A program made the translations under genes and the position numbers. 64,000 bases of DNA from Roseibacillus sp. (GTDB taxonomy: Bacteria > Verrucomicrobiota > Verrucomicrobiia > Verrucomicrobiales > Akkermansiaceae), in NCBI GenBank assembly GCA_051251855.1, contig JBPOGI010000006.1:256001-320000 (forward strand). The letters are read 5' to 3'. Positions 57,016-64,000 of this stretch are shown one piece after another. Numbering within the stretch: the stretch's first letter is position 1; the number at the start of each line of letters is the position of its first letter. Below the pieces are notes generated by a model, which had not been told where the DNA came from, searched no databases, and was given only the letters and a program-made list of their open reading frames with translations.

Positions 57016-57495
57016 TTGAGATTTAATCAATCCTCTCTCTCGATTCCTTGTTTGTGTGCTGCCTCTTTGTTTACCTTGAATTTGAAGGCTGATGAAAATT
57101 CTGAGAAGAAAATTGTCGAACAGGTGATGGTGGAGGGTAAGATTCTTGATGTCTCAAACTTCTATATCGGAGACGTGGGCATCGCAGCCTACGAGACTCA
57201 CGAGTCAAAGGACTTTAAAGCATGTTCTGAGGTGCTTGTAAAACTTGCTGGATTTGTGGCGAGCGAAGCACGCCTTTCACGCAAGCCTAAAGCTGCGTCG
57301 ATGTTGGAGAGGAGTGCGGCATCGCTCACTAAGCTGGCCGCTCGTTTGCTCATCAAAAGGTCGCCTTCGATTGACCAGATCGAGCTCCCTCTGGCTCAGA
57401 TTGATCGAGGGCTTGAGCTCTCTTATGGAGTATCAGCTGGATGGATTCTCAAGGCTTGGACAGGCTCTCAAAAGAAAAAAGAATCGAGCCCGTAG
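57016..57495 (+). CDS. Hypothetical, possibly chimeric or relic ORF
   Basis: First ~55 aa (EKKIVEQV...FYIGDVGI) are paralogous to the N-terminus of the pseudogene at 61.3 kb; the remainder is unrelated helical sequence. Confidence 0.4.
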   Translation: MRFNQSSLSIPCLCAASLFTLNLKADENSEKKIVEQVMVEGKILDVSNFYIGDVGIAAYETHESKDFKACSEVLVKLAGFVASEARLSRKPKAASMLERSAASLTKLAARLLIKRSPSIDQIELPLAQIDRGLELSYGVSAGWILKAWTGSQKKKESSP

Positions 57496-57751
57496 AAGCG
57501 CTGCAGGTCGGTTTCTAGGATACTTGCTCTCATATTTTCAGGGTGTCTGGAGTTTCTAAAGCCAAGTGTTGGCAGGGTAACGCGAAAGGTCCTGCCCCTT
57601 GGGGTGGGGAAAGTTTAGCTCAAGCGTGTTGCTGACAGTCGTAGATTTTTCCCTACCAATTGACTCCCGAAGAAAACACCATGAGGCCAATCTAGGGGAC
57701 TTCTCAGTCAGAAGTGATAAGGTTTCTACTGGAAACCACCGAAGTTGAGGG

Positions 57752-58663
57752 CTACCCTTTCCCCTTCGTTTTGGTCGAGGTTTTGCCTTTCGTCACATTG
57801 TCGAAGATGTGATCGATGATCATGCCGGAGACGTCTTTACCGGTTGCCTTCTCGATACCTTCGAGACCAGGGGAGCTATTCACTTCCATCACAACAGGGC
57901 CATCTTTGGAGCGTAGGAGATCGACTCCTGCCATCCCAAGTCCCATGATGCGGGCTGCATTGACAGCGGTACTCCGTTCTTTTGCGGTGAGTTTTTCCAG
58001 AGTAGCGCTACCGCCACGATGGAGATTGGATCGGAATTCGCCCTCTGCCCCTTGCCGCTTCATGGCAGCGACCACCTTGTTGCCGATGACTAGGCAGCGG
58101 ATGTCAGCTCCTCCAGCTTCTTTGATGAACTGTTGCACGAGGATGTTAGAGTCCAATCCTCGGAAGGCCTCGATGACGGACTCGGCAGCCTTGGCTGTCT
58201 CCGCGAGCACGACGCCGATTCCTTGAGTGCCTTCTAACAGTTTAATGACGAGAGGTGCTCCGCCGCAAATTTTGATAAGGTGTTTGGTTGCTTTGGTATC
58301 GTGGGCAAAGGCGGTTACCGGAAGTCCTACTCCCTTGCGCGCGAGGAGTTGTAAGCTGCGGAGTTTGTCACGTGAACGGGAGATGGCGACTGACTCATTC
58401 ACGGAATAGACGCCCATCATCTCGAACTGACGCACCACGGCGGTGCCGAAGAAAGTTTGGGACGCTCCGATCCGGGGGATGATGGCATCGAAACCTTCGA
58501 GGGAACGATCACCGAGATAAATCTCCGGTTTGGCAGAAGTGATATTCATGTGACATCGAGGATAATCGATAACCTCGATCTCATGTTCTCGCTCTTCGGC
58601 GGCCTTCACGAGGGCATCGGTGGAATAGAGGCGACGGTTCCGGGAGAGAATAGCAATTTTCAT
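57752..58663 (-). CDS. rimK: RimK family ATP-grasp L-glutamate ligase
   Basis: [67 protein letters not shown]. Confidence 0.95.
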   Translation of the reverse strand: MKIAILSRNRRLYSTDALVKAAEEREHEIEVIDYPRCHMNITSAKPEIYLGDRSLEGFDAIIPRIGASQTFFGTAVVRQFEMMGVYSVNESVAISRSRDKLRSLQLLARKGVGLPVTAFAHDTKATKHLIKICGGAPLVIKLLEGTQGIGVVLAETAKAAESVIEAFRGLDSNILVQQFIKEAGGADIRCLVIGNKVVAAMKRQGAEGEFRSNLHRGGSATLEKLTAKERSTAVNAARIMGLGMAGVDLLRSKDGPVVMEVNSSPGLEGIEKATGKDVSGMIIDHIFDNVTKGKTSTKTKGKG

Positions 58664-58888
58664 AGGGTTCACATCCTTTAGCTGATATGATACTGGAATC
58701 ATGGCTCTCTGAATTTTTTTAGTCAAAGGAGTTCGATTGCGATGACTCGTAGGCGTCAGTTCTCTCTCTAAAAGCGTTGGGACAATTTTAACAGTCTTGG
58801 TGTGGTCTAGCTTTGGGCTCGCGGTTACGGCTGACCGCTACCGCAGTTGGGTTGGAGTTTGCGATTTCCTCATCTGGCTTAAGGCGGC

Positions 58889-59758
58889 TCAGATCACTTC
58901 AAAGAAGGTGGGGCGGATGCGAACCGAACTGGTCAATGTGGACGAGACAAGCCCCGCGCTGTGGTAGGACCCTTGAATCGGGTTGATACTTTCTGCAACC
59001 ACAGCATGTGCCACTGGGACGTAATAGTTGTTACAGAACAAGCCGTAGGTCGGATCGATTCCTCGCCAACCTGCGCCAGGGAGGAACACCTCGGCCCACG
59101 CATGCATGTCGCCGGGGAGGTTTGGGTCTAGACCCGGGTCATAGACATAGCCGCTGACAAAGCGAGCTGCTACCCCCAAGGTCCGCGCGCATGCGATAAA
59201 GAGGGTGGCATAGTCGCGGCATGAACCTGAATTCAGCTGAATGGTTTTGAGCGGTTTTTGAATTCCCTCCTCGTCACGACGCTCGTACTTCACGTTGGCA
59301 TTGAGAGTCTGAATCAAGGCCATGAGCCAGGCTACAGTGTCCGTTGGTCGATGAATGAATCGATGGTTCAACCATTTGTTCAAGGCATCTTGAACTGCGG
59401 TTGGAGGAGGTGTTAGGTATAAAGAAAGGTTGGCAAGGTGGAGAGGTTCATAGGTGAAGGGCATGCTCTTGGCATAGTCACGAACCAAAAAGTCGAAGGG
59501 AGGAAGGTCCGTCGTTTCGACGATGCACTCGGAACAGATCTGCAAAGTATCGGACTGGAGGTGGAAGTGGACACTGGCTGGCAGATTGTCAAAGTCGTCG
59601 CGCATCCAATGAATTTGCCCTTCGGGTTGTAGAGTGAGTTCGAAGCTCTTCACATGTAAAAGTGAATTTTCACGTGGCCTGAGATAAACGAGATGCGGGT
59701 GTAGCTGCACGGCCTTTTCGTAAGAGTAGCGAGTGCTATGATTGATTTTTAAATTCAA
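58889..59758 (-). CDS. Transglutaminase-like protein with N-terminal Ig-like domain
   Basis: INHSTRYSY...LRPR, GSCRDYA (Cys), ARFVSGY, MHAWAEVFLPGAGWRGIDPT (His, Asp). Confidence 0.93.
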   Translation of the reverse strand: MNLKINHSTRYSYEKAVQLHPHLVYLRPRENSLLHVKSFELTLQPEGQIHWMRDDFDNLPASVHFHLQSDTLQICSECIVETTDLPPFDFLVRDYAKSMPFTYEPLHLANLSLYLTPPPTAVQDALNKWLNHRFIHRPTDTVAWLMALIQTLNANVKYERRDEEGIQKPLKTIQLNSGSCRDYATLFIACARTLGVAARFVSGYVYDPGLDPNLPGDMHAWAEVFLPGAGWRGIDPTYGLFCNNYYVPVAHAVVAESINPIQGSYHSAGLVSSTLTSSVRIRPTFFEVI

Positions 59759-60122
59759 GATTTTGAAGAGTTGCGGTGGAAAGCTCGGGTGCAAATGACC
59801 GCGTGTACAGGGAGCGAGTTTAGTGACTCAAGAAGGGTGTAGATCACTTTTCCCCGTCTTAAAGGATGGCTCCTCCCTCAGAATACGAAAAGGAAAAACA
59901 TGAAGAAACCAAGGGGCGTGAGGTGATGCTCGAATTTCTGGAAGAACAGTGTCTGGATTCTTACTGGGAAGGGCTGAGATTGCGAATGGCTATTATGCCA
60001 CCCCATTTAAGAAATGGCGACTGGCAGAAATGCGAGCTCTTCGGTTCTGGAAGGGAGTTTTAGATAAAGTGTTCTTTTCCTAGGCTTCACTCTGCGAGTT
60101 GGCGTAATTGTTCAGTGCTTAA

Positions 60123-60854
60123 TCAGGTCCAAACATCAGATGTTAAAAGCTGCTTCGTCGCTGCTTCGGCCCAACCGCGGTTGGCGGCGGGGGAGGCGGG
60201 GGAAGGATGGAGGATGCGGCCGAGAGTGGCTTCGTAGCCCATGGTTGAGGCCGCTGTTTTGAGCTTTCCTTCAGCGTAGGCACCGACCCCGATCAGGTAT
60301 TGGGGCTGGAGGGCTTCGATGACGGATCGGAGGTGGGCTTGGCAGGCTTCTTCGACCGGCACCAGGGAAGCTGCAGGGAGTTTGTCGGGGGTGAGGTTGG
60401 CGCCGGTGTCTTTCATCCAGACGAGGGGGCAATAATTGGTGATGAAGTGGTTGGCGAAGAAGTCAGCGGGGTCGGGGTATTTTTCGGCGAAGAGTCCCCA
60501 GAGGCGACGGCCGGAGACTTCGGAGCGCTCGCAGGCAAAGCCGGTGATAGGTCTTTTGGGGTGTTCGGTTTCAGGTTTGCCGACTTCGCCGGTGATTTTT
60601 AGCCAATCGCGAACGTGTTCGATTTCGCCAAAAGGGACTCCAGTTTGGGCCATGCCGTAGGGGCCTGGATTCATCCCCATGAAGAGAACACGCTTGGGGC
60701 CGGAGCCGTATTTTTCAAGATACTGGACGTGGGGTTCCCAAGCATACTCGAGGGGATTGTAAGTGTGGGTAACGGGGTCGGGAAAGGTGAGGTCGCGCAG
60801 ATTTTCTCGAAGATTGTCGGCGGCGGTGATGAGTTGGTCTGAGATGGAGGGCAT
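60123..60854 (-). CDS. SMUG1-type (family 3) uracil-DNA glycosylase
   Basis: YNPLEYAW, GMNPGPYGMAQTGVPFG, SEVSGRRLW, NYCPL, HPSPASP. Confidence 0.95.
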   Translation of the reverse strand: MPSISDQLITAADNLRENLRDLTFPDPVTHTYNPLEYAWEPHVQYLEKYGSGPKRVLFMGMNPGPYGMAQTGVPFGEIEHVRDWLKITGEVGKPETEHPKRPITGFACERSEVSGRRLWGLFAEKYPDPADFFANHFITNYCPLVWMKDTGANLTPDKLPAASLVPVEEACQAHLRSVIEALQPQYLIGVGAYAEGKLKTAASTMGYEATLGRILHPSPASPAANRGWAEAATKQLLTSDVWT

Positions 60855-60855
60855 T

Positions 60856-61284
60856 TTAGGTGAGGTTGATTTCTTCGGCGTAGGATTTAATGGCTCGATA
60901 GGTTCGTCTAGTGGATCCGTAGCGGCCACTTTTTAGATTGAAAAGGGTCTCAGCCGAAACTCCAATTTTAGATTCTAGCTCGTAGCAAGAAAGGGCAGTT
61001 TCCTTGCAAATGGATTCAATGAGACTCGGAATATCCTCCAACCCATTTTCCACTTGGTATCCGAGGAACGCTTCAATTTTCGGGATACGAGAATAGCGAG
61101 GCTCCACGAGTCCGTGCTCCCAATCGGAAAAAATATCGCATGAAATGTCGAGGAGAGTTGCGGTTTCTTTTTGCGTTCATTCGAGGGCTTGGCGTCTTTG
61201 CCGGAGATGATAGCCTACTGGGATGGCTCTTAAGTATTGAAAATGAGAGCTTTGAACAGAATTGGCAAAAGGTGGCAGAATCAA
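60856..61284 (-). pseudogene. Tandem-HTH XRE family regulator interrupted by an in-frame TGA
   Basis: My translation: IPVGYHLRQRRQALE*TQKETATLLDISCDIFSDWEHGLVEPRYSRIPKIEAFLGY, then a second HTH. TGA at 61179-61177. The 5' end is uncertain. Confidence 0.75.
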
Positions 61285-61761
61285 CCTTGTCTCTCGTTTG
61301 CGCGCGACTTCTTTGAGCGTATTGAGCCTTCAGGCAAAAAAAGACCCAGAGAAAAAAGTGGTGGAACAGGTTCTGGAGGAGAGCACGATCTTTGAAATTG
61401 AGGATTTCTATGTTGGAGACATGGGGTTCGGATGTCATGTCCGCACACTGCCAAGTATGAAGTTTTCCAGAAAGACGGCCAAGACTGGGTGCGATTCACC
61501 GTCTATCCCATCAAGCGTCACGACGAAGTCTAGACCCACGCCGAGGCTATTGTTTCCAACTATCGTGTGGCCCGTGACTCCGGTGGCCATGAAGAACGTC
61601 GACGCTTCATCAAAACTCTTCTTAAAAGAGGGGACGAAACTTGGTAAATCGAAATCAGCCTATCCAATAGAGAGAACATGAAGTTCCACATGCTTCTTGG
61701 GCGGACAGGGTTAAACAAAGGTATCCTCCTCGATTGTTCGCAATCATACTGCACGCGATAG
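61280..61761 (+). pseudogene. RimK-associated retropepsin-like ('ATP-dependent Zn protease', COG4067-type) pseudogene
   Basis: Frame from 61441: HTAKYEVFQKDGQDWVRFTVYP...*...RDSGGHEERRRFIKT...W*IEISLSNRENMKFHMLLGRTGL...DCSQSY. Stops at 61531 and 61645, frameshift near 61440, DTGA motif missing. Confidence 0.85.
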
Positions 61762-62224
61762 AAGCCCAAAAGCTAATCATCGTTGTAGAATGAACGGAGG
61801 CTTAAGAGCACCCCGAGTCGTTCATGTAAAGTTTTAAAAATGGGAGGTAAGATTGCTGATTTTTTTGGCGCGCTGAGGGAAGTTTTAATCGCGCGTGAAT
61901 CTCTTGGAAAGGATAGGGATATCGTTGTTTTGACTGTTCGCGGAGATAGCTCTGACGCGCAATTGGGTCAAATTTTTGACGAGAGAGGAGTAGCATTCAT
62001 TCTAGCAAAGAATGGTTGGCTTGGTCCACGCCTTTACCTCCTACGAAGTCTTGGGGATCAGTTCGTCGACATCGGTTAAGGGGTAAGCTACCACTCGTTG
62101 TGTGGGGGGCGATTGAAACATCTCACCAGACCAGAGATAAATCTGGTGAATGGAAAACCTGTCCTTGAGTTGCTCAGACGAAGTGTCTGGGCAGGTTTAC
62201 TTAAGAATTCTAACATTTACTCCT

Positions 62225-63739
62225 ATGAAGACCTCATCTCCTAAGCCGAACGGAATTGTTCGAACACTTTCGCTGCTCTCTCTCTTGGCTGGCTTTGCTT
62301 CTGCGGAATCAAATCGACCAAACATCATTTTCCTTTTCGCGGACGATCAGAGGGCCGACACCATTGGGGCTCACGGAAATCCTCATATTCAGACGCCCCA
62401 TCTCGATAAGCTGGCAGAGTCGGGATTTAGCTTCCGGAGAAACTATTGCGCCGGTTCTTTCAGTGGTGCGGTTTGCGTTGCGAGTCGGGCGATGCTGATG
62501 ACGGGGCGGCATTGGATGAATCTCCCCGAAGAAAAGCCTGCATCGAACTGGGGCGATTCCACGCCCCTTCCTTCTCTCTTGAGCTCCAATGGTGACTATC
62601 GGTCCTTCATTATTGGAAAGTGGCACAACGGCTTGAGCTCCTTGGAAAGGTCGTTTACGGAGGGACGCTCGGTCTACATGGGGGGGATGGCCAATCATGC
62701 TGACTTCGAGGTGCAGGATCTCACCGAGGGAAAGCTTAGCGAAAAACGCAAAGCAGGTGACTTTTCAAGCACTGAATTTGCGAACGAAGCGGTGAGCTTT
62801 ATCGAGAGCGCTGAAAGCGAAGAACCCTTTTTTCTCTACGTCGCCTTTATGGCACCTCATGACCCTCGAAATCCTCCAGAAAAATTTCGCGAGATCTACT
62901 ACCAAAATCGTCCGCCGTTGCCTCCGAACTTTCTCCCTCAGCATCCCTTCCAAAACGCACCGCAGGCGACCTCAGGTCGGGACGAAGGTCTCGCCCCTTG
63001 GCCACGGACCAAAGAGATGATTAGTGATCAGCTCTGTGAATACTATGGTCTCGTCACCCAGCTCGACGAACAGGTCGGGCGTATTGTAAGTGCCCTCGCG
63101 GTAAGCCCTCACGCTGAGAACACGATCATTATTTACACCGCCGACCATGGACTTGCGATGGGGAGTCACGGTCTACTCGGAAAGCAAAACATCTATGAGC
63201 AGAGTATGCAGTGCCCCCTCATCCTCAGTGGTCCCGGTATTCCCGCCGGGGAATCGAGTGAGGCCTTCACCTACATTCATGATCTCTATGCGACGGTCTG
63301 CGATTTTGCCGATGTTGAGGCACCGGATACAATCGATGCAAAGACACTAGTGCCTCTTATCAAAGGGGAGTCTAACAGCATCCGTTCATCGCTTTTTCTG
63401 CCCTTTCAGGATAATCAACGAGCGGTGAGCGATGGTCGCTGGAAGTTGCACCTTTATCCAAAAATCAATCACCGCCTCCTCTTCGATCTCGCGAACGATC
63501 CACATGAGATGACCAATCTCGCGGAAGATCCTGACTACAAAGATGAGGCTACCGAAATGCTCAAGCTGATGGAATCATGGCGAAGCGAACTAGGGGATCC
63601 CTTTCCGCTCAGGGTGGAAGAACCCGAACCAAAGGAGCCGCTCTACGGCAAAGGCGAACGAACCCTCGACCGCTGGCAACCGGAATGGATTCGCGAGAAG
63701 TATTTTGATGGCAGAAAGAACTCGAACCACGGGAAATGA
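62225..63739 (+). CDS. Sulfatase (choline-sulfatase-like, CxAxR motif)
   Basis: Signal peptide, PNIIFLFADDQ, CVASR, GKWH, APHDP, ADHG, GKQNIYE, LFDLANDPHE. Confidence 0.94.
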   Translation: MKTSSPKPNGIVRTLSLLSLLAGFASAESNRPNIIFLFADDQRADTIGAHGNPHIQTPHLDKLAESGFSFRRNYCAGSFSGAVCVASRAMLMTGRHWMNLPEEKPASNWGDSTPLPSLLSSNGDYRSFIIGKWHNGLSSLERSFTEGRSVYMGGMANHADFEVQDLTEGKLSEKRKAGDFSSTEFANEAVSFIESAESEEPFFLYVAFMAPHDPRNPPEKFREIYYQNRPPLPPNFLPQHPFQNAPQATSGRDEGLAPWPRTKEMISDQLCEYYGLVTQLDEQVGRIVSALAVSPHAENTIIIYTADHGLAMGSHGLLGKQNIYEQSMQCPLILSGPGIPAGESSEAFTYIHDLYATVCDFADVEAPDTIDAKTLVPLIKGESNSIRSSLFLPFQDNQRAVSDGRWKLHLYPKINHRLLFDLANDPHEMTNLAEDPDYKDEATEMLKLMESWRSELGDPFPLRVEEPEPKEPLYGKGERTLDRWQPEWIREKYFDGRKNSNHGK

Positions 63740-63794
63740 CCCTCGAACCCTCAGGAGGGGGAAGCCCTAGGTGCCTCGGTCACTAGGTTCCGCT

Positions 63795-64000
63795 TTAAGG
63801 CTCCTCAATTTGGGCTCGGATGAACTGCTTGGGCTTGTTCTCCACCGGTTCTGCGGCTCTGAGGAGAAGGTAGGTAGGCTCGTCTTCGATCACGATGCAG
63901 GCTGGCTCACCGTCGGACCAGAGAGAGAGGTTTTCGGAGACACTACCGATGATTTCGATGGTTCGGCGGGCATCGCGGGGAACTTTGTATTCTAGGTAGG
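63795..64000 (-). CDS. 3' end of a gene running off the window; encodes the shared C-terminal domain
   Basis: Open frame to TAA at 63797-63795: YLEYKVPRDARRTIEIIGSVSENLSLWSDG...EPVENKPKQFIRAQIEEP*. Confidence 0.65.
   Translation of the reverse strand, partial: YLEYKVPRDARRTIEIIGSVSENLSLWSDGEPACIVIEDEPTYLLLRAAEPVENKPKQFIRAQIEEP

Noticed and set aside
57570..57600. Hairpin GGCAGG...CCTGCC as a riboswitch
   Set aside because: Lies between convergent gene ends and lacks the consensus of any riboswitch I recognise.
58664..58800. Third protease relic directly upstream of rimK
   Set aside because: Resemblance to the protease C-terminus is too faint to call by eye.
59866..60063. 65-aa ORF between the transglutaminase and SMUG1 genes
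   Set aside because: No recognisable motif; cannot be supported, though a small protein is not excluded.
61177..61647. Stop-codon reassignment or selenocysteine readthrough
   Set aside because: The interruptions involve TGA, TAG and TAA plus a frameshift, and all three codons end intact genes in the window, so pseudogenisation is the simpler explanation.
61770..62080. Short ORFs 61802-61996 and 61840-62079, or a further pseudogene
   Set aside because: No family recognisable in the frames I read. It may be decayed coding DNA; a translated search is needed.

Overview
Bacterial chromosomal window of about 45 CDSs. I found no rRNA, tRNA, CRISPR array, integrase, transposase or reverse transcriptase. 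The gene content (a PEP-CTERM protein, a PVC-type ECF sigma factor, four sulfatases, DUF1080, SMUG1, and many large secreted proteins) points by inference to Verrucomicrobiota, probably a polysaccharide degrader. Layout: 1-13 kb is an ECF/anti-sigma, PEP-CTERM and sulfatase glycan locus with two paralogous modular surface proteins. 13-15 kb holds an atypical sigma/anti-sigma pair. 15-18 kb has surface-glycan genes, and 18-23 kb a giant FGE-like/FG-GAP surface protein. 23-43 kb carries hydrolases, a GHMP kinase-pyrophosphorylase fusion with a degenerate GalU-like partner, and a 3-keto-glycoside-type operon. 43-57 kb is housekeeping and envelope (truA, FKBP, M23, OmpA-like, ftsK, glmS, TonB-like). 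57-62 kb is a decaying patch around rimK with two pseudogenes that the ORF track does not resolve. Best leads: (i) a shared ~70-80 aa C-terminal domain on five exported proteins, a candidate sorting signal; (ii) a sigma factor that appears to have two tandem region-2 domains; (iii) the kinase-pyrophosphorylase fusion operon; (iv) a duplicated candidate ECF promoter; (v) REPIN/MITE-like inverted-repeat elements. All family calls come from motif recognition by eye; no database searches were run.
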